A DNA stretch of 64,000 nucleotides from Sphingomonadales bacterium. GTDB lineage: Bacteria > Pseudomonadota > Alphaproteobacteria > Sphingomonadales > Sphingomonadaceae. The stretch's first letter is position 1. Each line of letters begins with the position of its first letter. The notes beneath the pieces were generated by a model that was not told the DNA's origin, ran no database searches, and saw nothing but the letters and a program-made list of their open reading frames with translations. A program made the translations under genes and the position numbers. Of the stretch, positions 42,675 to 51,736 are shown piece by piece. The stretch lies in the NCBI GenBank assembly GCA_016714795.1, contig JADKCA010000008.1, positions 66,083-130,082 of the forward strand, given 5' to 3'.

Positions 42675-43517
42675 GTGGTCGGTCCGGTCTCGATCGACAG
42701 GGCGTGGTGGGAGCATCTGACTCCAACCTCGATGCACAAGCTGCGCGGGGAGGTCGAACGGCGGCTACGCGCTTGGTGCGAATTGGACTACGGTAAATTC
42801 TGGCTCAGCAGCGCGCGGACGCCTGGTGGCGTGATCCGGATTAATGCTGGCGACGCCATCCCGGATTTCCACGTGGTCGTGATGCGCAACGGCTTGAAGT
42901 TCGTCGCGCCGCAGAAGCGCATGCGCGCGGGGCACCGGAGCGTGTCGATCGGTACGGACGAATATAGGTCCGGTAAGGCCCAACAAACCGGCGAGCTCAT
43001 CCTATCGCCCGTGATCCGTCTCGACCTCGTGACCGACCCGGCGCTCATGGCCGCGGCGCGCAGGTTCGACATCAACATGCCGTCTGCGCAAGTGACCGAA
43101 CCGAGCATCCTGTTCTCAGCACCTGCGCACATCCTAATCGCGCCGAATGGCTGGCCAAAAAGGTCGTTCGTCCTCTACCAGCATATCTTCGGCGAGGGCG
43201 GCTCCTATCCCGTCGATGGTTACTTCTACGTCGGCATCACGACGCGGAGCTGGAAGACTCGCTGGACCGAGCATCGTCGCGCGATGCGAAAGGGCAGCAA
43301 CCTGCTGTTCCACCGCAAGCTACGTGAGGAATTGGAGTCCAAGCGAGTGACCTACATCCACCACAAGGTTATGGCCGTCACGACCGACGTCGAGGCGCTT
43401 TACGAAGCGGAGGAAGCACTGGTGCGCGGTCATTGGGGGGACAGCAGGCGGCTCAACATGATCCCGGGCGGTCGAAGCGGCTATCGCCACCTTCCGAATG
43501 CTGGCTTGGGCGACTAA
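42675..43517 (+). CDS. GIY-YIG nuclease-domain protein with unknown N-terminal domain
   Basis: It starts 3 nt after the RloC-like stop. 'FVLYQHIF...GYFYVGITTRSWKTRWTEHRR...ALYEAEEALV...LNMIPGG' follows the GIY-YIG pattern. Confidence 0.6.
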   Translation: MVGPVSIDRAWWEHLTPTSMHKLRGEVERRLRAWCELDYGKFWLSSARTPGGVIRINAGDAIPDFHVVVMRNGLKFVAPQKRMRAGHRSVSIGTDEYRSGKAQQTGELILSPVIRLDLVTDPALMAAARRFDINMPSAQVTEPSILFSAPAHILIAPNGWPKRSFVLYQHIFGEGGSYPVDGYFYVGITTRSWKTRWTEHRRAMRKGSNLLFHRKLREELESKRVTYIHHKVMAVTTDVEALYEAEEALVRGHWGDSRRLNMIPGGRSGYRHLPNAGLGD

Positions 43518-43724
43518 AGTTCAGAAGGTTTGCTCGAAGATCGCGATCGGGCGGTGTCTAGTTGGCTGGGCAGAAATCCTGACCGTCCTCTCCCACCAAT
43601 TTCGCCTTGGGTGACGCGATCGGCACTTTTGTCAGGCCCGGACGTTGCCGCGAATGATCTAAACGACTGGCGCTGGTTGGACCCGGAAGCTGGCTTCGAT
43701 GCGTTCGAATGTCCGCTATCTTAG

Positions 43725-43918
43725 TTCCACGAGGGTGAAGCTGACTAACCGGACCGTCCGCAAAAGGCGACGATAACGGAACCGCTGAAAGGTCCGCAAA
43801 TCCTGACGTTGGGCGATCTGTTCAAGACTAACGTTGGACTTCGGCTTGCAACGCCACCTGTAAATTGCTACACAATTGCGGCGTAAGGACCACCGGCTCC
43901 ATTTAAGGAGCTAGAACG
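43725..43918 (+). other. candidate oriT / relaxosome-binding region
   Basis: Intergenic region directly upstream of the RHH-T4CP-relaxase operon. Direct repeats GTCCGCAAA (43756, 43792) and ACGTTGG (43806, 43831), plus AATTGC x2. The nic site is not identified. Confidence 0.3.
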
Positions 43919-44200
43919 GTGAACCTCAAATTTGTGCCGGTCAGGCTGGAGCCTGATCTGGTCGATCTCCTCGACGATCAGGCTGTCAAGCGTGGAACGT
44001 CCCGCGCGTCAATCATTCGCGAGGGGCTGCGCTTCTTCATCGCGCGCCATGCGATCCTTGCCGATGTCGAGCTCCGTCGCGTCGAGGCTGACGAGTTCAT
44101 CTATATGGCGCTCGACCATATCATCCGCGCCAAGCATCATAACGTCTATCAAGGCATGCTCGAAGAAGCAGCCCGGCGCGCGCGAGCCCTCCGTGACTAA
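43919..44200 (+). CDS. ribbon-helix-helix (CopG/Arc-type) protein, likely relaxosome accessory/regulator
   Basis: AAGGAG lies 8 nt before GTG 43919. 'VRLEPDLVDLLDDQAVKRGTSRASIIREGLRFFI' is an RHH motif. Confidence 0.6.
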   Translation: MNLKFVPVRLEPDLVDLLDDQAVKRGTSRASIIREGLRFFIARHAILADVELRRVEADEFIYMALDHIIRAKHHNVYQGMLEEAARRARALRD

Positions 44201-44264
44201 GCCGGACACCTATTCCGACAATCGCCGGTCGGGTAAACTCACCCACCATTCAGCACGGGGGTCG

Positions 44265-46583
44265 ATGCCGCGCAACGCGGGCAATTTCACCCGCGGATCA
44301 CAGCTCATCACCCACGAATATATGATGTGGTTCGGCTCGGTTCGGATCCCGCTGACGGTCTGGTTCTTCCTCTTCCTCATCACCTTCTCGATCACTTCCT
44401 ATCTGGTTATCAGGGAACGTGAAGCGCAGATGATCCTCATGAAGCTCTATGCCGCCGGATGGCAGTTCATGGAGTTCAACTCAGCCAAGGTGATCAACCT
44501 GACCTTGCCATCGGGGGAGGTCATTCCCGCCCCGATCAATATGGTCAGCCACCATCCTGACGTGGTCGATGCCTGGAGCAGACTGATGCGCGCATTCTGG
44601 GGATCGGCATTCATGTCTGCCGTCATTGCGGTGCCTCTCACCATCTGGTTCGTTGATGCTTCGCACAAACGTGGTCGCGGTATTCTCGAGGAGCGCCACC
44701 AGCGTGGCGCCATGTTGGTAGATGCCGACCAATTGTCGGCAGTGATCGCCGCCCACAATGCTGCCGAGTTCGAGAAGGAGGCCCAGCGTTGCTTCCCCGA
44801 CAAGACCCGGGACGCCGTTCTGGCGATGTCTTTTGCCGGACGCAGGGCAGGCGGTGTCCATCACCCTTATGAACTGGCTGGCATTCGCTATCCATGGCGG
44901 ACCGAACAGTCGCACACCATGCTGATCGGCACGACCGGTACAGGCAAGACCACCCAGATGCGTGATATGATCGCGCAGATGCGGGCGCGGCGCGACCGGG
45001 CTGTCGTCTTCGATCTGACCGGGGCCTATGTCGAAGCCTTTTACAACCCGCAGACAGACATCATCCTAAACCCGATGGACAGGCGCTGTCCCTCTTGGTC
45101 GGTGTTCAACGAGTGCGAAAGTCATGCCGACTTTAGCAGCGTAGCGGCGGCATTAATGCCGATAGACGGGGGTGCTTCCGAACCATTTTGGATTTTGGCG
45201 GCGCGCACTTTATTTGTCGAAACCTGCATGCGGCTCAAACAGGCGGGCAAGGCGACCAACCGCGATCTGGCCAGCCGTTTGATGATGGCCAACCTGAAGG
45301 ACGTCCACAAGCTGCTCGAGCATACTGTTGCGGACCCGCTGACCGCGCCCGAAGCAGCCCGCATGGCGGAATCGATCCGGGCTGTTTTCAACACCAATGC
45401 GCAGGCACTGCGATTCCTGCCTGAAGACAATCCGCCCTTTTCTATTTGCGACTGGATCGAGCGCTCTGAGAATCCCGGCAGCATCCTGTTCATCACCTCA
45501 ACCCACAACGAGTTAGCGTTGAACCGTGCGCTGCTAACAGTCTGGATGAATGTCGCTGTCCACCGCTTGATGCGGCTGCCACGCACCCGGGATTTGCGGA
45601 CCTGGTTCTTTTTCGACGAGGTACATGCGCTGCACCGTCTGCCGGCGATCGAGGATGGCCTTCAAACGGCGCGTGGTTTCGGCGGCGCCTTCGTGCTGGG
45701 TATCCACAGCTTTGCCAAGCTCTCTGAAACCTATGGCGAAGAGGGCGCGCAGAATCTTGCCTCGCTAGCGCGGACCAAGCTCATCCTCGCAACGGCTGAC
45801 CGGGATACCGCCCAACATTGTGCGGACTATATCGGGCACCGCGAGGTACGGATGATGGATGAGGCCTATAGCTATGGCTATTCGAACATCCGCGATGCGG
45901 CAACGATCACGCCGCGCCAGCAGATCGAGCCGCTTGTCATCCCTGACGACATCATGAAGCTGCCATCGCTACGCGGCTTTCTGGTGTTCCCCGAAGGATT
46001 TGACGCTGCACGCATCCAGCTTGAATATAAGGACTATCCGTCGGTCGCCGATGCCTATCAGCCGCGAAAAAATGTAGAGCCGCTCAGCTTCGTTGCCGCC
46101 GATGTAGAGGAGAATCCTGAAGCGGGTGGTCGCGAAGGCAACGCCACACCGGAAGTTGTGATCGAAGACAAGCCAGCGGTCGCCCAAATCCCGGAATCGC
46201 GCGCTGCTGGTGCTGACGAGGCAGGTGTCGAGGAGTCTTCTGCGCAGGAAACCAATGCCATTCCGGTGCAACTGACTTCAGCTGATAGCCAGTCGCTTGC
46301 ATCGCGCAGTTATACGCCCACCGCCCCCGAGAGCCAAATCAGCAACGCGACTGTAGCAAAAGAGGGTTCCATATCGTCCAGCGTGAACAAGACAGACGGA
46401 AAGGACACGAACGAGACCAGTCCGGCACATCCGGGAAATAGCCGGCCACAGGACCAGCTCAGGCTGGACGTGACGCGTCGCGAACTTGATGAGGCTCTCC
46501 AACCCGAAACCCGGATCGAAAGGACCGTCTCCGGACCCACAGGTCATGATGGCTTCGAACCTGACGACGAATTGGACCTTTAG
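44265..46583 (+). CDS. type IV coupling protein (TraD/VirD4-family)
   Basis: Two N-terminal TM segments, Walker A 'GTTGTGKTT' and 'WFFFDEVH'. The track ORF start (43932) overlaps the RHH gene in another frame, so ATG 44265 is preferred. Confidence 0.85.
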   Translation: MPRNAGNFTRGSQLITHEYMMWFGSVRIPLTVWFFLFLITFSITSYLVIREREAQMILMKLYAAGWQFMEFNSAKVINLTLPSGEVIPAPINMVSHHPDVVDAWSRLMRAFWGSAFMSAVIAVPLTIWFVDASHKRGRGILEERHQRGAMLVDADQLSAVIAAHNAAEFEKEAQRCFPDKTRDAVLAMSFAGRRAGGVHHPYELAGIRYPWRTEQSHTMLIGTTGTGKTTQMRDMIAQMRARRDRAVVFDLTGAYVEAFYNPQTDIILNPMDRRCPSWSVFNECESHADFSSVAAALMPIDGGASEPFWILAARTLFVETCMRLKQAGKATNRDLASRLMMANLKDVHKLLEHTVADPLTAPEAARMAESIRAVFNTNAQALRFLPEDNPPFSICDWIERSENPGSILFITSTHNELALNRALLTVWMNVAVHRLMRLPRTRDLRTWFFFDEVHALHRLPAIEDGLQTARGFGGAFVLGIHSFAKLSETYGEEGAQNLASLARTKLILATADRDTAQHCADYIGHREVRMMDEAYSYGYSNIRDAATITPRQQIEPLVIPDDIMKLPSLRGFLVFPEGFDAARIQLEYKDYPSVADAYQPRKNVEPLSFVAADVEENPEAGGREGNATPEVVIEDKPAVAQIPESRAAGADEAGVEESSAQETNAIPVQLTSADSQSLASRSYTPTAPESQISNATVAKEGSISSSVNKTDGKDTNETSPAHPGNSRPQDQLRLDVTRRELDEALQPETRIERTVSGPTGHDGFEPDDELDL

Positions 46584-46586
46584 GCC

Positions 46587-49553
46587 ATGCATTCGATCGC
46601 CCCCGTCCGGTCTGCAGGCGGTGCCGCAACCTACTTTGCCAAGGACAATTATTATACCGCCGAGCAGAACGCGGAAGGCGGAGTCTGGGGCGGGCTGGGT
46701 GCGCGCGAGCTGGGGTTGGAAGGTGTGGTCGAGCCGCAGATCTTTGAGCGTCTCTTGAATGGTGAGCTGCCAAGCGGCGAGAAAGTGGGGCAGGTGGAGG
46801 GCAGGCGGCCAGGGCTCGATCTCACCTTTTCCATGCCCAAATCGGCTTCGGTGATGGCCTATATTGGAGGCGACGGTCGGGTGATCGAGGCCAATATGCG
46901 CGCGGTTCAAAAGACCATGGCCTTTGTCGAGCAGCGCTATGCCGAAGGCCGCACTTATGATCGCAACCGCCACGGCGAGCCTGAAAGGACCGGCAAGCTC
47001 GTCTATGCGCTCTTTCCCCATGACACGAGCCGTGCGCTCGACCCGCAGGCGCATATCCATGCTGTCGTCGCCAATCTGACCCGGATGGCTGACGGCAGCT
47101 GGAAGGCGCTGTGGAACGGCGAAATCTGGAAAAACAACACCGTCATCGGTCAAGTCTACCATGCGGCCCTTCGCGCCGAACTGCAAAAGCTTGGCTATGA
47201 AACCGAGGCGGTTGGAAAGCATGGCGCATTCGAGATCAAGGGGGTCTCCAAAGAGGTCCGCGACGAATTTTCGCGGCGACCCCTCGAGATCGACGCGAAG
47301 GTCAAGGAACTGGGCGTTACGTCGCCTGCGGGAAAGAAACTGGTCACACTGGCGACCCGCGACCCCAAACTCGATGTTTCCGACCGGGATGCATTGCTGC
47401 AAGACTGGAAAGACCGGGCGCAGGCTTTGGGCTTTGACGGAAATCCGCTGCACAGGGCCGCGATGGCGCGAATTGCCTTGTCTGGTCGGCCCAATTTTAT
47501 CGAGACGAGCAACGCGGCGCTTTCCGATCTGAAGGAGCGGATTGGGGGCTTGTTTCGTGCGCGCGATCCGTTGGTGACGAGCGGTATGGCCGCCGTGTTC
47601 ATGCCTGCCGAGCGTCTGAAAGCACAGCATGCGGTTGCCTCGAGCATAAGGCATCTTTCTGAACGCGAGGCTGCGTTTTCACAGGGCGATATCGTCAGAG
47701 CCGCGCTCGGGTTCCAGATCAAGGGGCTGGAGGTCGAGCCAGTCCTCAATCGCGTCACTGAACTGCTCGCATCTGGCGCTTTGATTGCCGGGCAATCGCA
47801 CCGCGCCGATGGCCAGTTCGATCTGGTGACGACCCCGGCTGCCCTCAAAATGGAGCAGGCCATCCTCGACACTATCCATGAGGGGAAAGGGCAGGGTAGG
47901 GTCTTGATCGCGCCCGGTGGGGTTCTCGCCAAATTGCAGCAAGCGTCAGGCGACCGCCTTCTCAATGAAGGTCAGACAAGTGCCGCCGTGCGGATACTCT
48001 CAGGCAGTGACCGGATGACGCTGGTGCAAGGTGTCGCTGGCGCAGGCAAATCCACGATGATCGCAGCCGTTGCAGGCGTCGCAGCGGGCGAGGGCATCCG
48101 GGTGCTGGGCCTTGCCTTTCAGAACAAGATGGTTGCCGATTTGCGGGACACCGGCATCGAGGCGCAAACCATCGCGTCGTTCGTCAATCGCTTTGCCAGT
48201 GCCGCCCATGAAGGTTCAGGTCCGAAATTCGAGGCCGCCAGGTCAGAACTTCGAAACACCATTCTTCTCGTCGATGAATCCTCGATGGTCTCCTCCCGCG
48301 ATATGCTCACACTCACCGAGATTGCGCAAAAGCTGTCGGTGGATGGCCTGCATTTTATTGGGGATCGCCAGCAACTGTCGGCAATCGAGCAGGGCAAGAG
48401 CTTTGCTGTTGCGCAAGCCGCAGGCGCACCGATGGTGCGTATGGACGAGAATATCCGTCAGCGCAGTTCGCCCTTGCTGCTTGCGGTTGCAGGTCTCTCA
48501 AACGTAGGCTTTGCAGGCCAGGCGCTTGACCTGCTCGCAGCCCATGACCGGGTCATCGAAGACAAGAAGGATCATGTCGGGGCTGCCGCCAAGCTCTGGC
48601 TCGATCTTGGCAAGGAGGGGCGAGAGCGCACAGCGATCTTTACCGCAGGGCGCGATGATCGCGCCCGGATCAATACATTGATACAGGACGGCCTGCTCAA
48701 GGAAGGCACGCTTTCGGGTGTTGGGCTGCCGGTGACCGTGCTGCAGGGCGTCAACAACAGCCGCGAGGAGCTGCGCCATACTTCGACCTATCAGGTCGGG
48801 CAGGTGCTCGAGGCCCGCTCGCGTGTTTCCGAAATCGGCCTGCCAAAGGGCAGCTATGCAGTTTCAGGGATCGATGCGCGCGGGCGGGTAACATTGCGCG
48901 ATGGCAAACAGGCCATCCGGTTCGATCCTCAAAAGATCGACCCTGCCAATCGCCAGGACCGGATAAGCCTGTCGGAGCGCGTCAGTCTCAAGCTGCATGA
49001 CGGCGAAACGATCTTGTGGCGTGAGCACGACAAGCCCCGCGACATTGTCAAATCAACCTATGCAAAAATTGTCAAAGCCGATGGCCAAGGCGTCACCGTT
49101 GAGTTGGCCGACAAACGCCAACTCCGCTTGCCAACCGGTGACCCGATGCTGGCTCGGCTTGATCTTGGCTATGCGCTCAACGCGCATATGGCCCAAGGCA
49201 TGACCAAGCCCGAAGCCATCGAAGTGATCGGGTCCTATCAGCGCAATCTGGCAACCCAGCGCACGCAAAATGTCCTCAACACCCGCGCGACCGACGATGT
49301 CCGGGTCGTGACCGACGATCTTGGTCGGCTGAAGCTTCAACTCGACCGGACGCCCGGGAACAAGACCTCTGCGCTTGAAGCGGTTGGCCGCATTGAAGTT
49401 GACCGCAAGCCCTCCGATCCCTTTGCGAAGCGCGACCTGCCGCCGCTCGCAATGAGCCCTGAGCTCAAAGCCAAGGTGGAGGCTGTTATGCCGACACCCG
49501 AACCCAAAATGCTCCCCGTGCCCGAAAAGAAGCTCGGGCTAGATCTCGCATGA
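46587..49553 (+). CDS. MOBF-type conjugative relaxase (TrwC/TraI-like) fused to RecD-like helicase
   Basis: 'AKDNYYTAE' near the N-terminus and the His motif 'HDTSRALDPQAHIHAVV'. The helicase part has 'GVAGAGKST' and 'LLVDESSMV'. Confidence 0.9.
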   Translation: MHSIAPVRSAGGAATYFAKDNYYTAEQNAEGGVWGGLGARELGLEGVVEPQIFERLLNGELPSGEKVGQVEGRRPGLDLTFSMPKSASVMAYIGGDGRVIEANMRAVQKTMAFVEQRYAEGRTYDRNRHGEPERTGKLVYALFPHDTSRALDPQAHIHAVVANLTRMADGSWKALWNGEIWKNNTVIGQVYHAALRAELQKLGYETEAVGKHGAFEIKGVSKEVRDEFSRRPLEIDAKVKELGVTSPAGKKLVTLATRDPKLDVSDRDALLQDWKDRAQALGFDGNPLHRAAMARIALSGRPNFIETSNAALSDLKERIGGLFRARDPLVTSGMAAVFMPAERLKAQHAVASSIRHLSEREAAFSQGDIVRAALGFQIKGLEVEPVLNRVTELLASGALIAGQSHRADGQFDLVTTPAALKMEQAILDTIHEGKGQGRVLIAPGGVLAKLQQASGDRLLNEGQTSAAVRILSGSDRMTLVQGVAGAGKSTMIAAVAGVAAGEGIRVLGLAFQNKMVADLRDTGIEAQTIASFVNRFASAAHEGSGPKFEAARSELRNTILLVDESSMVSSRDMLTLTEIAQKLSVDGLHFIGDRQQLSAIEQGKSFAVAQAAGAPMVRMDENIRQRSSPLLLAVAGLSNVGFAGQALDLLAAHDRVIEDKKDHVGAAAKLWLDLGKEGRERTAIFTAGRDDRARINTLIQDGLLKEGTLSGVGLPVTVLQGVNNSREELRHTSTYQVGQVLEARSRVSEIGLPKGSYAVSGIDARGRVTLRDGKQAIRFDPQKIDPANRQDRISLSERVSLKLHDGETILWREHDKPRDIVKSTYAKIVKADGQGVTVELADKRQLRLPTGDPMLARLDLGYALNAHMAQGMTKPEAIEVIGSYQRNLATQRTQNVLNTRATDDVRVVTDDLGRLKLQLDRTPGNKTSALEAVGRIEVDRKPSDPFAKRDLPPLAMSPELKAKVEAVMPTPEPKMLPVPEKKLGLDLA

Positions 49554-49579
49554 CCCTGTCCCACAGCAAAGGATGACCC

Positions 49580-49786
49580 ATGGCTTATGATTATGACGAA
49601 GCGGGGGATTTTGCCTCCGAGCGCGATGCCCGGGAATGGGCGGAACGCAACAATATCGAACCCGCCGACCTGCATGTGCGCAATCGCAGCGATCGGGGCG
49701 TGACGCTCAGCGTTCGCCGCTCCGCGCTTGGCGACACCGCACGGGGTGATCTCACTTACGGACGTCGCACCGGCTATTTTTCTTGA
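49580..49786 (+). CDS. small hypothetical protein
   Basis: 68-codon ORF directly after the relaxase gene. Confidence 0.4.
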   Translation: MAYDYDEAGDFASERDAREWAERNNIEPADLHVRNRSDRGVTLSVRRSALGDTARGDLTYGRRTGYFS

Positions 49787-49803
49787 GATTGGGAGGCAGT
49801 TCC

Positions 49804-50199
49804 ATGCGCATTTCACCCCTTCACATCGCTTACATCCTCGGGGTCTTCGCGGCGCTTCCAGCCTATGCAAAAGCACCCGCGCGCGGTCATTCCCACGACG
49901 CAGTTGCGATCGATGTTGCGTTGCGCGTGTCGCGCGATGCCGACGCGGTCTGGCAGATCATCGCCGAGCATGCAGCAGAGCACCGCATCGATGCCCCCGG
50001 CTGGCCTTGTAGCGAAGACCGGCAAGGAAAAGTCCTGCTGGCACTGCGCGCAGAAGTGCAAATGATGGCAAGCGCTGCTTCTGCCCTGCCGATCAAGCGG
50101 GCGATGGACTGCGACACTTGCGTCGCATGCGCAGATTGCCCCGAAAGGCGGTCCAGCCAGGCGCGCTGTCTGGATTGCCGCTTTCAACCCGCCGCCTGA
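49804..50199 (+). CDS. hypothetical secreted Cys-rich protein
   Basis: Signal-peptide-like 'MRISPLHIAYILGVFAALPAYA'. Several Cys in the C-terminal part. Confidence 0.5.
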   Translation: MRISPLHIAYILGVFAALPAYAKAPARGHSHDAVAIDVALRVSRDADAVWQIIAEHAAEHRIDAPGWPCSEDRQGKVLLALRAEVQMMASAASALPIKRAMDCDTCVACADCPERRSSQARCLDCRFQPAA

Positions 50200-50203
50200 C
50201 GCC

Positions 50204-50662
50204 ATGATGTGCGCTGAACATCTGCCGCATGCGGCCTGCCCGGTGTGCGGGGACGTGGTTGCCACTTGGCCGCAGCATGCATGGGTTGAACGCTGTCGTC
50301 GTTGCAGGCGGCCGCTGATACTGGTGCCGGTTCGGGTTCGGCCTTTCCGTGCCTTCCGGATCATGAGCCTGCTCGAAGGCATGCGTTGTGTGGCAGCGGG
50401 TCTCGCGTTTCTTGCCTTGGCCTGCCTCGTCGCCCGGATGGTTCCTCTGCCGCATGTCATTTTGCTGAGTGCCATGGCCTTTGCTGTCCAAGGCATCGCT
50501 GAACTCGGCGATGGCGTTCTGGGCCTGCGCGCCAACCTTGTGAGGAATTGGGGGCGACTCCACGCTGGGCACAAGGCGCGCACCGCGTCTGTCGCCAAAT
50601 GCACAATCGGCGTCATCCTTCTGTTGCTCGCTGCAACCGGCTTTTTGCTCGCAATGTCATGA
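50204..50662 (+). CDS. hypothetical membrane protein with N-terminal CxxC...CxxC
   Basis: 'CPVCGD...CRRCRR' followed by about 3 hydrophobic segments. Confidence 0.5.
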   Translation: MMCAEHLPHAACPVCGDVVATWPQHAWVERCRRCRRPLILVPVRVRPFRAFRIMSLLEGMRCVAAGLAFLALACLVARMVPLPHVILLSAMAFAVQGIAELGDGVLGLRANLVRNWGRLHAGHKARTASVAKCTIGVILLLLAATGFLLAMS

Positions 50663-50675
50663 ACAGGAGCCAATC

Positions 50676-51195
50676 ATGACCCAATGCTACAAATTTGGCG
50701 GAGACGTTCTTGCCAGCGACGATCCGAAATTTCTGTCGCGTGTTGCCCTGGCCCATTCGCGCCGGATCCGGCCCTTTTGCATGTGTCTGGGTGTGGGCGA
50801 CGGCATTGAAGTCTATGTCGCCCGCCGCTTCGAGAAATATCACCTGAAGCGCATGCCCAATAGCGGGCCAGCCCATGCTCCCGGCTGCGACCATTATGAG
50901 CCGCATGATGATCTGACCGGACTTGGCCAGTTGCGCGGTCAGGCGATTATCGATGATGAAGCGACCGGCGAAACCTTGTTGAAGCTTGCCTTCCCAATGA
51001 GCCGGGGCCCTGCGCGCCTTGCCATGGCAACTGCCAACGAGACCAAGCCCTCGGTCAAATCCGACGGGACCAAGCTGAGCATCCGGGGGTTGCTCCATTA
51101 TCTCTGGAACGAAGCGCGGTTAACGCACTGGCATCCCAAGATGCGCGGCAAACGGGGTTGGGGATTGGTTCGCAACGAATTGCTGCGCGCAGCCG
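50676..51195 (+). pseudogene. DUF1173-type gene, 5' fragment (truncated at ~51195)
   Basis: '...HLKRMPNSGPAHAPGCDHYEP...SVKSDGTKLSIRGLLHYLWNEARLTHWHPKMRGKRGW' matches the DUF1173 N-half as I recall it. After '...LLRAAEQ' the reading becomes the antisense of a sulfotransferase gene. Confidence 0.55.
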
Positions 51196-51617
51196 AGCAG
51201 ATGCGTCGTGCCCGAACGCGGCGGGCCTGCAACGATGATCGGGCGATCAATCTGAATGTCGAGGATTTCGGGGTGACGCTTGCAAATATCCTCCACCCGC
51301 AACCGGTCCGCGGCGTAACGCACGAACATGGTCCAAAGGCCAGCGTGCGAGACGGGAGAGAGATAGGCGTCTTCCTTGACGCATTCGCACCATAAATTGA
51401 GCCGGTCGACAAAATCCATCGCGCCGAAATCGGAGAGGCCGGTCTGCGCCTTGGCAGCGCTAAGGATCGCGTCGGATGAGAAGTCGAAACTGGCCTGCGC
51501 TGCCCCGGCAAGCGCCATCTTCTGAATGTCGCTCAGCACAGGCGCACGGATATCGGCAATGTCGAATATCTCGCCCTTTTTCTCACGTCCGGCCATGCGC
51601 CCTCCTGCCATTTTCAC
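51196..51617 (-). pseudogene. sulfotransferase gene, 5' fragment (truncated at ~51196)
   Basis: The minus ORF reads '...RPIIVAGPPRSGTTHLL' (PAPS-binding loop) and then runs into antisense DUF1173 sequence. AGGAGGG lies before the internal ATG 51596. It is a paralogue of 56703-57872. Confidence 0.55.
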
Positions 51618-51736
51618 TTGCGTTCCTAGACAAGGGAAAATTCCAGCCTTGCCCTACCAAAAGATATGCAGTGCGCGCGCTGCACTGGGCTAGCCCCACA
51701 CTCCAAAGAAGAATGGCGTGAGGATGGGCAATCGGG

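Noticed and set aside
43530-43724. 64-codon TTG-initiated ORF after the GIY-YIG gene
   Set aside because: It has a weak start, no RBS and Pro/Arg/Trp-rich composition. It is probably non-coding sequence upstream of the candidate oriT region.
46278-47654. 458-codon minus-strand ORF
   Set aside because: It is antisense to the T4CP 3' end and the relaxase 5' region, both strongly supported.
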